Made by a program: the position numbers and the translations under genes | Part shown: positions 1 through 10,900 of the stretch, piece by piece | How positions within the stretch are numbered: the stretch's first letter is position 1 | Layout of the letters: the number at the start of each line of letters is the position of its first letter | DNA from: Clostridia bacterium | GTDB lineage: Bacteria; Bacillota; Clostridia; UMGS1810 | DNA: 64,000 nucleotides | Direction: 5' to 3' | NCBI GenBank assembly: GCA_017502845.1 | Contig: JAFVUE010000003.1 | Location: 52,025 to 116,024, forward strand | The notes under the pieces: generated by a model | Seen by the model: the letters and a program-made list of their open reading frames with translations, nothing else | Told to the model about the DNA's origin: nothing | Database searches by the model: none

Positions 1-1980
1 TGTATTGTCGACAGGTAAGAAAAATTCCATCGTTGATCCTTTCGGAACATCCTTTGAACGTATATACATAAGTCCTTTGAACTGGTTGTCTGCTGTATAT
101 TGAGCAAGTACGATTACAGCATCTCTGTTTGTTTCAATATTTGTAAAGGAAATTGAGGCAAGGAACTCTCCTTTCGGGATTGCTCCCAATGAATTGCCCG
201 ACATATCACAAACAGAAAGGTCATTTATCAAATAATCTCCCATCTCTTCTGTTACGAATACAAATGAACCTGTTCCACTGTACAATTTTATACCGATATA
301 ATATGTTTGTCCTGCTGTTAAGTCATATTCGATCATGAAATTATTTCCATCGCCATCATCGTCATCAGAGGTAATCTGTGATTTACTACTGCTGTATAAA
401 TACCCTAATGTATCTTTGCTTCCTGTTGTGTAGAAACGATATGTTTTGTTTCTATTTGGTACAAACTCAAAATATACCATCTGACCACTTGATGTGGTTG
501 TTATGGATTGTTGCTGATTGGCATTTATTATTAACGCATCCTCGAAGCTTTCGCCTGTTCTGTCTGTCCAACCGGCATAAAGTGTTGTGGCATCACCAAA
601 ATAAGGGAAAGTAACAGGATCTCCGCTTAAAGCCGCATTGTCGTACCACCCGATAAGAATCATTTCACCATTTGCCACAGTAGGCATAGTGAAAATCCCA
701 TAACTTGTAATATCATCAAGTGTTGCTTCGCAGTTTGTCTCAAAGCGGTAAGTTTTCTTCACTGCGTTGTAAATTATATCCGCATTTGTGAGATTTTCAT
801 TTCTGTTGTAGAAAAGAATCTCGTTCCACTCTTCTTCACTGCCTTCATAATATACCGTTTCAATATTGTTGCAACCATTAAATGCATCATTTCGTATGTA
901 CTTGATATTTGCGGATATGGCAACGATTTTTAAGTTTTTGCATCCATAAAACGCATTTTCAGTGATTAACTCTACACTATTACCAATAGTTACACTCGTA
1001 AGACCATCGCAATAAGAAAACGCACTATCGCCAATAGTTGTTACACTATTACCAATAGTTACACTCGTAAGATCATCGCAATCAAAAAACGCACTATCGC
1101 CAATAGTTGTTACGCTGTCAGGAATTGTGATGCTTGTGAGGCCGGTGCAATAATAAAACGCTCTATCGCCAATTGTTGTTACGCTGTCAGGAATTGTGAT
1201 GCTTGTGAGGCCGTCGCAATGATAAAACGCACTATCGCCAATTGTTGTTACACTGTCGGGAATTGTGATGCTTGTAAGACTGTCGCAACTATAAAATGCA
1301 TAATCTTTGATGGAAGTAATCCCATCAGGGACAGTGAGGTTTGTTACTAATGTGCCGTTAAGGTACAAGTTTGCGCCACAACAAGAGGGAGTTGAGGTCC
1401 TATTTGAAAAATCTATGTTAAGCCAAGCTTCTATATCAGTTATATAAACGCTTTCAATATGAGCGGTCAAATTATCCGCATTTCCAAACGCATTATAGCC
1501 AATTGTTGTTACTCCATTACCAATGGTTACACTTGTAAGACCGTCGCAATAATAAAACGCACTAGCGCCAATTGTTGTTACACTGTCGGGGATTGTGATG
1601 CTTGTAAGGCCGTCGCAACCAGAAAACGCACCATCTCCAATTGTTGTTACTCCATTACCAATGGTTACACTTGCAAGAAAGGCACAATCGGAAAACGCAC
1701 TATCGCCAATAGTTGTTACACTATCGGGGATTGTGATGCTTGTGAGACCGGTGCAATATTCAAACGCGCTATCGCCAATGGCAACCACCTTATAATTACC
1801 TAATTTATTTGGTATAGTGATCGCTCCCGATGCCGATGTATCGCAATCGGTGATTGTGGCTTTACTGCCCGAGACAGTATATGTATATATCCCGCTGGTT
1901 GCCGCTGATGCAGTTACCACGCCAATGGCAAGTACACCCAGTATAAGAGTGATAATGGTTAATAAAAGTTTCTTTTTCAT
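1..1980 (-). CDS. Secreted surface protein with BspA-type leucine-rich repeats, a Listeria-Bacteroides-type repeat and a PPC-like region (5' part of gene; 3' end lies beyond window start)
   Basis: Own minus-strand translation from ATG 1980-1978 (RBS GGAGAA upstream) gives the signal peptide MKKKLLLTIITLILGVLAIGVVTASA, then ~23-aa units ...LTSITIPDSVTTIGDSAFYYC..., later LIGWYDNAALSGDP...LYAGW. The frame is open to position 1, so it is absent from the ORF track. Confidence 0.85.
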   Translation of the reverse strand, partial: MKKKLLLTIITLILGVLAIGVVTASAATSGIYTYTVSGSKATITDCDTSASGAITIPNKLGNYKVVAIGDSAFEYCTGLTSITIPDSVTTIGDSAFSDCAFLASVTIGNGVTTIGDGAFSGCDGLTSITIPDSVTTIGASAFYYCDGLTSVTIGNGVTTIGYNAFGNADNLTAHIESVYITDIEAWLNIDFSNRTSTPSCCGANLYLNGTLVTNLTVPDGITSIKDYAFYSCDSLTSITIPDSVTTIGDSAFYHCDGLTSITIPDSVTTIGDRAFYYCTGLTSITIPDSVTTIGDSAFFDCDDLTSVTIGNSVTTIGDSAFSYCDGLTSVTIGNSVELITENAFYGCKNLKIVAISANIKYIRNDAFNGCNNIETVYYEGSEEEWNEILFYNRNENLTNADIIYNAVKKTYRFETNCEATLDDITSYGIFTMPTVANGEMILIGWYDNAALSGDPVTFPYFGDATTLYAGWTDRTGESFEDALIINANQQQSITTTSSGQMVYFEFVPNRNKTYRFYTTGSKDTLGYLYSSSKSQITSDDDDGDGNNFMIEYDLTAGQTYYIGIKLYSGTGSFVFVTEEMGDYLINDLSVCDMSGNSLGAIPKGEFLASISFTNIETNRDAVIVLAQYTADNQFKGLMYIRSKDVPKGSTMEFFLPVDNT
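960..1790 (-). repeat. Tandem ~69-nt (23-codon) LRR-coding repeats inside the surface-protein gene, some neighbours >90% identical
   Basis: Repeated strings such as gcactatcgccaattgttgttacactgtcgggaattgtgatgcttgt at 69-nt spacing, interrupted around 1300-1480. Confidence 0.8.
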
Positions 1981-2106
1981 TTTGTTTTCTCCTTTTTGCG
2001 TAACGTTGGTTATAACAAAATTTAATTGATAATATTGTACCATATATTTTCAGATTTTTCAACAAAGGTTTTCCTCGCAGAGAAATGTAGAGAGATATGT
2101 ATTAGC

Positions 2107-2280
2107 GGTTCGTCGGAAACCGCCGAACCCTACGATAACTCTATTATAGCTAGTGCGATTGTAGGGAACGGATTGATCCGTTCCGAATAATATTGTACAA
2201 GAACATAACGGGAGGGATTAATCCCTCCCCTACGATATCTCTATTACCGGCAGGTCGTAGGGGACATTCACGAATGTCCC
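2107..2280. repeat. GTAGGG-anchored hairpin array 1 (4 units, mixed orientation)
   Basis: Units are ggttcgtcggaaaccgccgaaccctac (2107-2133, inverted), gtagggaacggattgatccgttcc (2161-2184), ggagggattaatccctcccctac (2211-2233, inverted) and gtaggggacattcacgaatgtccc (2257-2280). Confidence 0.8.
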
Positions 2281-2325
2281 GCTAACTCCCATGCACTACG
2301 TCACGAATAATAGAAAAACAAAAAA

Positions 2326-2387
2326 GTACCTACGGCAAGTGCAAGGGTTCAGAATAATCCTAGCCCAGTCACAAGTACCGTAGGTAC
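2326..2387. repeat. 10-bp perfect inverted repeat GTACCTACGG / CCGTAGGTAC flanking a 42-nt loop
   Basis: Read directly; contains a GTAGG core; function unknown. Confidence 0.5.
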
Positions 2388-2431
2388 AATAGAAAATATA
2401 CCATATTTATTCAATATTGTCAACGTTTTAC

Positions 2432-2466
2432 ACAAAAAGGTTGCAGTGGATTTCGCTGCAACCTTT
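2432..2466 (-). terminator. Rho-independent terminator of the seven-gene operon
   Basis: Stem aaggttgcag / ctgcaacctt with a 9-nt loop, followed by a T-run on the minus strand, 14 nt after the stop at 2480. Confidence 0.75.
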
Positions 2467-2479
2467 TAATTTTTTACTC

Positions 2480-3613
2480 TCAGTTTTTCTCCATTACATC
2501 CTGCATAAAGTAACCCTTGTGGCCGGTATCAGCACACCACTTACATGCAGTCCATACGATTTCTTTGAATTCGGGGATATAGTTCACATAGTCCTCATAG
2601 AAGTACTGCTCGTGAATCATAATCTCAACGCAACCGAAGTTACCGTCCTTTGCTTTAACTTCTTCAAGCTTGGGAACGATCTCCTCCAACGGATAAGAGT
2701 TAAGTACGAGGTCAATCTTACCGCAAAGGATATCTTCTTCTGTATCCATCCAGAAATCACGTGTATCAATATGCTCAATAAGATATTCGGGATAATGATA
2801 ACTTACAAATGGTTTTCCCTCTCTCAAGTAGAAGTAACCGTACAAGCCACGTGTTCCCAGATTGCTCATAGCGCGTACGCCGTCCAATGTGCACTCGCCC
2901 CAGTGGATTGTTGTGTTATGTTTGCTGAGCGTTTCCTCACCTGCGAAACGGATAACCTCACGGTAGATTTTCTTTGCATCTTCTGTGATAGTTTTCATAT
3001 CTGTAAACTCATAAGGTTTGCAAGTCTGGGGTTCTCTCGCATGGAAAGAGAGACGGAGCCAGTTGGAGTTTGCAATAAATTCGTCTTTGAATTTATCTGT
3101 CATCATAGAAAGATTAAAATCTTTTCTTGTGGGATCGCTGAAATACGGGTTGTCTGCTTCATACTCCCAATGGATATTGAGCTGAACAGTTGCACCGAAA
3201 TCGTCGTGTGCTTTCTTGTACATCGCAAGATAGGGGTTATCAAAGATAGATGTGTATGTATCTTTGTGGTCATTGATATCCTGCAGGAAAAGGATGTTGT
3301 CATCAGATGACAAACGATATATACCTGTGGGGTTTATGAGTTTGTAAACCACGATTTTTTCCTCGTTGCCGTCTTTGTCTTTTGCAACAAGGTTTGTGCG
3401 GTATGCATCAAATGGCATCTCCACTTCAAAGCATTCGCCGTTCCATGTTGCAGGAATCTGGTTTACTTCGATTGCACTGTCCTTGTCGGCTTCAACCTTT
3501 ACCTTAACCCACAGAGCACCGTCTTTTTCAACGCCGTCATAGATATTAAGGCAATCTCCGTCAATCGGGAAAGCGAAACGAATCTTGTTGCCACGTCTTA
3601 AATAGTCTCTCAT
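2480..3613 (-). CDS. Cytoplasmic protein: ~110-aa N-terminal beta-rich extension plus a ~265-aa domain homologous to the four tandem paralogs at 45171-48988 (uncharacterised family; deacetylase/hydrolase-like barrel is only a guess)
   Basis: Motifs shared with the paralogs: SDDN/IDDN, IFDxPY, QLN, NSxWLxLxxH, EVIRFAGE, HW, HEQYFxxxYVNYxP. There is no signal peptide. The start is moved to ATG 3613 (GGAGGA 8 nt upstream), because the ORF-track ATG at 3628 overlaps that RBS. Confidence 0.75.
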   Translation of the reverse strand: MRDYLRRGNKIRFAFPIDGDCLNIYDGVEKDGALWVKVKVEADKDSAIEVNQIPATWNGECFEVEMPFDAYRTNLVAKDKDGNEEKIVVYKLINPTGIYRLSSDDNILFLQDINDHKDTYTSIFDNPYLAMYKKAHDDFGATVQLNIHWEYEADNPYFSDPTRKDFNLSMMTDKFKDEFIANSNWLRLSFHAREPQTCKPYEFTDMKTITEDAKKIYREVIRFAGEETLSKHNTTIHWGECTLDGVRAMSNLGTRGLYGYFYLREGKPFVSYHYPEYLIEHIDTRDFWMDTEEDILCGKIDLVLNSYPLEEIVPKLEEVKAKDGNFGCVEIMIHEQYFYEDYVNYIPEFKEIVWTACKWCADTGHKGYFMQDVMEKN

Positions 3614-3654
3614 AATTATATCCTCCATTCTGCTTTTATAGCAGTATAATTACA

Positions 3655-6558
3655 TTATCTTCCTATACCTGTAACTCTGTCAAGTGGTCTGAAATTGCTG
3701 TTCCAGATGAAAATCTGCATAAAACCCATATCAAGAGATGTCAGGTCTTCGTCAACGTATTTCTCTTTTTCGCCGTTTGCAAAGTTCACTTTTGTAATGT
3801 GCTGTACCTCGCCGTTTTTCACGAAATAAACAACCGCATCGGAAACCACGCCTGTTTTATTAACAACCTTGAAGCCCTTGTCGTCAAACATATATTCAAA
3901 ATCCGGTTCATCCGCAACATACAAGTTGAAATTATCAATAGTCAGTTCGCATTCGCCACTTCTTACTCTGCCGGGACCAATGTTTATATATGCAATCTCG
4001 TCAAATACAGTAGTTGCGACCTTTTCCTTTGCGCAGAGGACTTTGCCGTCAAATATAGCGGTAATATCCCCTCTCTCGGGATTGATAACGAGAGTAATAT
4101 GATACCAATTGCCGTCTTCAAAGTTGACATCCACCGTATAAGGTGTTTCACAGAAAGGAATTCTGATGTCTCTGTCTGCTGTGAACTCTACGGGGGAAAT
4201 AAAATCACCAGTTACACCGTTATTCAGAGTACGGAGAGAAAATACGGATCTGGAGCCGACCGTTGTGTTAAATTCATTAAAGCAGATATCTGCATCGATT
4301 ACAATATCCCCGCTTTTTCCACGCATTGCGGATGTTGTGAGGAATGGTTGTTTGTCGGGCAATGATGTGAATTTTGCAGATGTGCCGTATTTCGTAGTGG
4401 GGAAAGCCAGATCCTCTAAAGTTGTACTTCCGCTTAACCGCAAGTCTCCTATGGGATTTTCTTTACTTTCAAAATCACTTTCCGCAAGAACCTCGTCAAC
4501 ATAGAAATAGGGATGGCGCACGATAAGTTCGTTGCGTCCTGTTTCAACAGCATTTTTATCCTTTACAACCGCTGTGAAATTGTTGGAAAGATATTTAAGG
4601 GTAAATTCCCTGTCAAGATCAGGGAAATTCACACCGTTGTAGTAGTAACTGATTGTGCTGTTCTCGTCAATACGGTAACTGTCGCCTGAAACTGTAACAT
4701 TATCTCCCATCATCCCGTAGGGAATGCCGCTTAAAAGAACTCTTGGTGTGTCGTTGGCAACATATATATTGATATTGTCAAAAGATACTGATGAAATACC
4801 GCCTAAAACTCTGCCGGGACTGATAGTAAGATATGAAAATCTGTCGAAATTCTTATCCGCAAGTTCCTCTTCTGCACAGAGGACTTTGCCGTCGAATATA
4901 ACTGTGTATACCTTACGTTCACTGTTTACAGACAAGAGAATATGATACCACTTGCCCTGTTCAAAATTAACATCCAAAGTTCTGGGATTTGCACTTGAAT
5001 AAAGTCTGATATCCCCCTCTTTTGTAAATTCAACAGGGAATATGAACTCTGCCTGTGCACTTCCGTTCTTCGGACGGATCTGGAAAACAGATCTTGATGC
5101 GGTAGATGTATTTATTTCGTTAAAGCAGATATCCGCCTCAATTACAAGGTCGCCTTTAACACCCTCTATGGTATGGGCAACAATACTCGGCTGGTTTTCC
5201 GCATCAGATGTGAGAGTAAGTGCTGTGCCGTAGGGACTTTCGGTAAGTTCGGCAAATTCATTATCCGTACCTGCACCGTTTACTGATAATCCTGCAAGAG
5301 GTGTTTCTCCCTCAAAATCAAACAAACGAAGTTTTCGCTCTTCTTCAATGAATACGGTGTATACCATATATTTCGTTCTGCCGATTTCTCTTGCCGTTTC
5401 ATCAAGGATAACCGCCTCAAAAGTATTGGTAACTTTAGTAAGGGTAAATTCCCCCTCAAGAGAATCAACTTCCGCGCCATTGAAATAATACTTGATTTCA
5501 GCACCGTCGGGGATATTTGTTGCAGTTGTGCTCACATTCACACTCTCGCCAATGAGCGCATACTTGCGGTCAGAGGAGATTGCAACTTTCGGACTGTTGT
5601 TTACGGTGTAGGGAGAACTTTCTGTTCCGTCTCCACTGACAACAGACACATTTTCGGAATTTATGTAAATGGCAGGGCGTACACCTACGCCGCCGTTATA
5701 TGCAATGTTACTGTTTACGGTTGGTACACCGTAACCGTTGAAATTGGCTTTTCGTATATCGTTTGAGGTGTGGTACATAGTACGAACCTCACTTCCGTCT
5801 GCAAAGGAAACTGCATCACGGAGCCAGTAATGGTAGTATTTATCGGCAGAAAGATTGCCGTAACTGTATGTGCTCTGTGTAACTGCCGACGATGTGGGTT
5901 TTGCAAGGAAATATTCCTTGCCGAGGACATCTTCATTCGATTTGATTGCCTCTATCTCCTCTATACCAAGGAGAAACACCTTGTCTGTAGTGGTAATCAC
6001 ATAAGCATTTGCTATATTTGTTGCAGTAGCACCTACCTCTGCAACGTATTTATGAAGTTCGTTGCCCGATGCAGCAAGTGAAGTATCGTGTCTGCTGATA
6101 ACAGATGAAATATTAACGGGAACGATTATATTCCGTTCCATTTCGGTAAAGTTGCCGTTACTTAAAAATCCCGCTTCTGCGCTATACCCGTTGATTGCTT
6201 CTAAAACATTATCATCGGTGGGGTTATGACTGTTTGGATACGAAACGGTTGCAGCAGAAGAATTAAGCCACAAGCGTATTGCAGAATCCGACCAGTTGTC
6301 GCTTCCGCCCGCAGCACGAAAACCCTTGGGATCGTTTGTCTTTGCACCTGCGGCATCGAAACTCTTTAAGGTAATAATCCTGTCGGCAACCATAAGAGAA
6401 CCATTTTCATTGACATCAACACAACGCCATACGATAGGTTCGCCCATGTAACTTCCGAGTTGGATATAATCCCCAAGTTCCACAGATGAAGCAAAAACAC
6501 CCAAAGGCATAATTATTATAACCGCTATGAGCAGTATTTTCAATATAATTTTGCGCAT
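3655..6558 (-). CDS. Secreted 967-aa protein: N-terminal DUF6273-like domain, then two (Ig-like + LamG/concanavalin-like) modules and a short C-terminal beta domain
   Basis: Signal peptide MRKIILKILLIAVIIIMPLGVFASS. DUF6273-type motifs GDYIQLGSY...IVWRCVDV, YWLRDA and GVRPAIYIN (family name from memory). Two LamG-like cores, GKWYHILLSVNSERKVYTVIFDGKVLCA and GNWYHITLVINPERGDITAIFDGKVLCA. Confidence 0.8.
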   Translation of the reverse strand: MRKIILKILLIAVIIIMPLGVFASSVELGDYIQLGSYMGEPIVWRCVDVNENGSLMVADRIITLKSFDAAGAKTNDPKGFRAAGGSDNWSDSAIRLWLNSSAATVSYPNSHNPTDDNVLEAINGYSAEAGFLSNGNFTEMERNIIVPVNISSVISRHDTSLAASGNELHKYVAEVGATATNIANAYVITTTDKVFLLGIEEIEAIKSNEDVLGKEYFLAKPTSSAVTQSTYSYGNLSADKYYHYWLRDAVSFADGSEVRTMYHTSNDIRKANFNGYGVPTVNSNIAYNGGVGVRPAIYINSENVSVVSGDGTESSPYTVNNSPKVAISSDRKYALIGESVNVSTTATNIPDGAEIKYYFNGAEVDSLEGEFTLTKVTNTFEAVILDETAREIGRTKYMVYTVFIEEERKLRLFDFEGETPLAGLSVNGAGTDNEFAELTESPYGTALTLTSDAENQPSIVAHTIEGVKGDLVIEADICFNEINTSTASRSVFQIRPKNGSAQAEFIFPVEFTKEGDIRLYSSANPRTLDVNFEQGKWYHILLSVNSERKVYTVIFDGKVLCAEEELADKNFDRFSYLTISPGRVLGGISSVSFDNINIYVANDTPRVLLSGIPYGMMGDNVTVSGDSYRIDENSTISYYYNGVNFPDLDREFTLKYLSNNFTAVVKDKNAVETGRNELIVRHPYFYVDEVLAESDFESKENPIGDLRLSGSTTLEDLAFPTTKYGTSAKFTSLPDKQPFLTTSAMRGKSGDIVIDADICFNEFNTTVGSRSVFSLRTLNNGVTGDFISPVEFTADRDIRIPFCETPYTVDVNFEDGNWYHITLVINPERGDITAIFDGKVLCAKEKVATTVFDEIAYINIGPGRVRSGECELTIDNFNLYVADEPDFEYMFDDKGFKVVNKTGVVSDAVVYFVKNGEVQHITKVNFANGEKEKYVDEDLTSLDMGFMQIFIWNSNFRPLDRVTGIGR

Positions 6559-6625
6559 GGTTTTCTCCTGTTAAACGAAAGCAGGTATAACCGCCGCACA
6601 TCTGCAGCAGTTATACCAATAAATA

Positions 6626-7885
6626 TTATTCGCTGAAAATGTCAAGCAACTCAAATGTTCCGTCGCTTGTCATAAGGTAAAATACTGTTCTGTCGCCGCC
6701 TGTTGCAAGAGTAACGTCATAGTCATCCGCTGCAGAAACAGGTGTAAGACCAACGGAATTCATCTTATCCCCGTCATAACTTACTGCAACAACATAACCT
6801 GTTGCCTCTGTAGTGTTCTGAACCGTTACTGTGTATGTAACATTACTGCTTGAAACAGTTCCGTCGGATACAGATGCAATTGAGAAAGGTGCGCCAACTG
6901 TCTTTACAACAACACCTTCGTCGCTATCGGCATTTGCACCGAGTGCAGTTTTCAGCCCTGTTGCAGAAATTGTGTACTCACTGCGGGGAGCAAGGTCCTC
7001 AGAGGGAGTGATAACATATACATTATCGGTGGAATTGAATGTGCCTGTGAAAGGAATTTCTCTGCCGAATCCGTTTGTGATAGTGAAGTTGGCATCAACA
7101 ACTGTTTCTGCGCTCATTGGCTCTGTGAAAGAAACTTCAATCTTACCTCCATCCCAGAGAACGCCGTCTGCACCGAGACCATTTCCGTCATCATCAATAC
7201 CCTCTGCACTCATAAGGAAGTTAGGTGCTTTATAGTATGCTTTCGCATTGTCGATGTAGTAAGGGCTATCGCCAAGCGCGGTTGGTTCTTTATAAACACG
7301 GATAACTGATGTGAATGTAAGTTCAGGATACATTGCCACATCTTCAACAGATGCTGTGAAATCTTCGCCATCTATAGTACCTGAAATGGTCATACTTGCA
7401 GTGACGCTTACAAAATCAAACTCGGCGTGGATATGATACCAGCCCTCTTCAGAGAAAACCATATTGGAGCCGTCAAGCTGCAATAAATTTCCGCAGAAAG
7501 ACATAGTTCCGTTTGTGTTCATACCTATAACGCTTTTTGCTGCGCTTCCGCGGAGGTAAAGCAATGTGTAACTCTTGTTGAATACAGAAAGATATGTATC
7601 AATGTCATACACAAGTGTACCGCTGTAATCATTAAGCCCCGTTGCAATATCAGTAGTCGTAGAACCGGGAACGAATACAGTGTTGTCTTCATCACCGTCG
7701 GGACCTGCCACAGTGGGGAATGATACGCCGGCAATGTCTGACAATATACCGTTACCTGTCTGGACAGTTTCAAAGTCATAGTCAAAAAGTGAAACTGTAG
7801 TTGTGTAGCCAACATCTGCAAAAGCAAATGATGGCACACAGCAAAGCACAGCAATCGTAAGTGCAAGTGCAATAATTTTCTTCAT
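6626..7885 (-). CDS. Secreted 419-aa protein: LamG-like jelly-roll plus Ig-like (SbsA/Big-type) domain
   Basis: Signal peptide MKKIIALALTIAVLCCVPSFAFA; GWYHIHAEFDF core; VSFTEPMSAETVVDANFTI...EYTISATGLKTALG Ig-like segment. Confidence 0.7.
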   Translation of the reverse strand: MKKIIALALTIAVLCCVPSFAFADVGYTTTVSLFDYDFETVQTGNGILSDIAGVSFPTVAGPDGDEDNTVFVPGSTTTDIATGLNDYSGTLVYDIDTYLSVFNKSYTLLYLRGSAAKSVIGMNTNGTMSFCGNLLQLDGSNMVFSEEGWYHIHAEFDFVSVTASMTISGTIDGEDFTASVEDVAMYPELTFTSVIRVYKEPTALGDSPYYIDNAKAYYKAPNFLMSAEGIDDDGNGLGADGVLWDGGKIEVSFTEPMSAETVVDANFTITNGFGREIPFTGTFNSTDNVYVITPSEDLAPRSEYTISATGLKTALGANADSDEGVVVKTVGAPFSIASVSDGTVSSSNVTYTVTVQNTTEATGYVVAVSYDGDKMNSVGLTPVSAADDYDVTLATGGDRTVFYLMTSDGTFELLDIFSE

Positions 7886-7967
7886 AATATAATCAACCTT
7901 TCGTGTGATTGAATCTCATCCCCATCCCGTGCAGCATGGCCACACGGGATGAAGAATCTAAAAAACA

Positions 7968-10900
7968 TTATTTCTTAACGATAATTGTCTCTGTGATAGA
8001 GTTGTATGTGTTTACGGTATTACCATAGCACTTGAATCTCAAGTGACGAACACCGTTGCTGTTCTGAATGTAGAACTGCTCAAATTCATCGGTTGTACCA
8101 CTTGACTGACCTGACCATGCAGGGAGCCAGTTCACACCATCTTTTGAAACTTCGATATCAAAGATTGTAGCACGTTTATGACCACTGTAGAATGACATCA
8201 GGATATAGTCAATATCATACTCGGCACCGAGGTCAAGTGTAAACCACTCGTTCCTACCGTTACCTGTCCATCTTGTCTCACGGTTAAGGTCGAGCATACC
8301 CTCTACAACGTTACCGTCATCACTGCTTGCAACTGCTTCTGCAGGGCTTACAATCTTGTCAAACTGTGTATTTGTTGCCTCAAAGAGACGCTCAATATCG
8401 TCGAGGATTACAACCTTCATCAGGTATGCAAGTTCGTCGTAAGTGATGTTGCAGTTGATTGTGCTCTGAACATCAATGGGGTTCACATAAAGCTTACCGT
8501 CAATGAGGAGTGAGGGGTTGGGAAGTTCTGCGTTTCTGACTTTATCAAACAACGCCTTCTTTGTTCCCGGCCAGAGCTGAACACTCTTGAACTGACCGTT
8601 CTTGATTGTCCATGTGCCGTCACCGTTATCAATGATTTCGATGTTCTCACCATATGCAGGTAAGTAATCTTCTGCTGCAAGATAGGGAACGCCGTCGATA
8701 AGCTTTGTAGGAGATTTCTGTGAACGGAAGAGACCGTCAGAACCGTAAATCTGATAATCGCCTATAAGTGCTTTTTCTGTTCTGGGGTATTCAATCTTAT
8801 CAGCCATTGCTTTGTCGTTCCTTGTGATTGTGTACTTGCCGGGCTTACCCTTAAAATAAAGTGCACACGCCTCTTCGGTTACTTCGATATTCTGTGTCTT
8901 GTCAGGGCCTGTTACCATCCATACACCGGGTGTAACGTCAGCAACCATAACGCTCATATCTGCTCCATTGTTATTATCACGGATGTTAAGGGAGAATGAG
9001 CCGGTTACATCATTTGCATCTCTGTCAAAGAACACAGTTCTGTCCATAATGGTTACACCCACGAAGTTACCCTCAACTTCTTTATACATAGGAAGTTCGG
9101 GGAGATTGCGGTCGTGGTCTGTAACATACATAGCGTGGAGGAAGATGTCATTCTCTGCCGCAACAGAGGGAGATGTCTCAAATCTCCAACCTGCACCCTC
9201 TTCAAAGTCATCTGCGGGATCGCCGTAGTTCTTACCGTCTACCCAAGTACCTTTGCCTTCGCCACCGATAACCTCAATGTCGGGATTTTCGGGGAAGAGT
9301 GCCTTAACAACCATCTTACCGTTGTGTCCGTCTGTTGTACGGGAAACTGTAACCTTATCACCTTCAACAATCGGCTCTTCAAGTGTGTGGAGAACGAAGT
9401 TCTTCTCAAATGCTTTGTTTGTGGATGTTACTTTATCGAATACTACAAATGCCGCAGGATAATCGTCATTGAAAAGGTCAATGAATACCATTGAACGGGT
9501 GTTGTCTGTAAGTTTGGGAACTACAGGGTATTTCTCATTAAGTTCGGGATAGAAATCTCTCCTGGGGTTATCAGAGAATCCAAGTGCCTCAAAGAGTGCA
9601 TCACGGGTAACAATTGTGCCTGATACATTTTCAAATTTCAGGTCGTCCTGCATAAGAATACCTGTTTCTGCATTAACTCTTCTGCCGGAGTATGCCGCAG
9701 TAGTATTTGTCTGCAAGTAAGAGAACTCGGGAGTGAGTTCGTTAGGACCTGAATAGATACCCTCTGTTACTGCAAGTTGAGGACGAGCAAGAAGGTCTTC
9801 GTATGTTTCCATTCCAATAGCATCAAGGAGATGTCTCCAGTCCATACCGCCGTCGTTTGAAACAACTGTCCAGTCTCTTGAATCAATATAATAGTTATCG
9901 AAATACACTTCTTCGGGGTCTTTAACTGTTATGATATTGTGCGCGATAGCACGGCGAGCCCAGTTAGCATCCATTTCTGTAAGCCAACCTGCTCCGTCTT
10001 GCGGTCCGCGGGCATCTGCCGCCAATGTACCTTTATAATAAAGCTGGAATGAACCAAGGTCGGGGTGGTCGTGAGTATCTGTCAGTGTCTCACGTCCCTG
10101 CATATAAGCAACGGCTACGGGAGCTTCCAGACCTTTCTGCCAGCTTGTTCTTGCATACATCTGTGTCAAAGGATATGTGGAGTGATAAGACAGGGGCATA
10201 TTCTGACCAAGGTCTGCCTTATTGGGATGGTCTTTGTCCCAGATAAGGAGCATATAAACGGGCATATTACCCCAATCCTGCAAGGATTCGTTCATAAGCC
10301 ACTCGCCATATACCAATGCATTAAGAGGAGCATCGGGGTAAAGGTTTGCAGTGATAGCCATCATAGCGGGAGTACGGTTGTACTGGTATACGAAGTACTT
10401 CATATATGATGAGTCACCTTCAGCAAACATACCACCTGCGGGGTTTCTTGCGTAAAGCCATCTTAAAGGAACGTTCCATGCGCCTTCGCCGATTCTCTTT
10501 TCCATAGGAATTTCCATAGCGTCCATCATAATCTCGGACATAAGCTCACAATGGAATCTCCATGTACCGTAGGATGAGCCGGAGGGGTGGTTACCTGCCG
10601 CATTGAACATTCTTCTGGAGGGAACCATCTTCTCATAAGCACCTGCTGCAACATTCCATACCTCAGGGTCTTCATCATAGATTGCGATACCTACAGAAAG
10701 CATATCCTGAAATACTTCCTTCTCGCCGTCGTGCCCGTAGATATAGTTACCAACGGGAGGATAGTGCATCTCTTTCCAGGTACAGAGTTTCTTAAGGTGT
10801 GCTACGAAAAATTCTTTCTCTTCTTCTGTAAGCAATGGATACAGCCAGTCATAAACAACTGCCGCCGCTTCCATTTCAGAACCGACCTGACGGGTGATAT

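Noticed and set aside
2417-3310. Long antisense ORFs of 170-301 aa inside real genes, here and at 49261-50166, 55100-55792, 13547-14116 and 17336-17851
   Set aside because: The three longest (2417-3310, 49261-50166 and 55100-55792) lie in codon register with the sense gene (coordinate offsets divisible by 3), so they stay open wherever the sense strand avoids TTA, CTA and TCA codons. Those are shadow ORFs produced by codon bias. None of the antisense ORFs has an RBS or a recognisable product.
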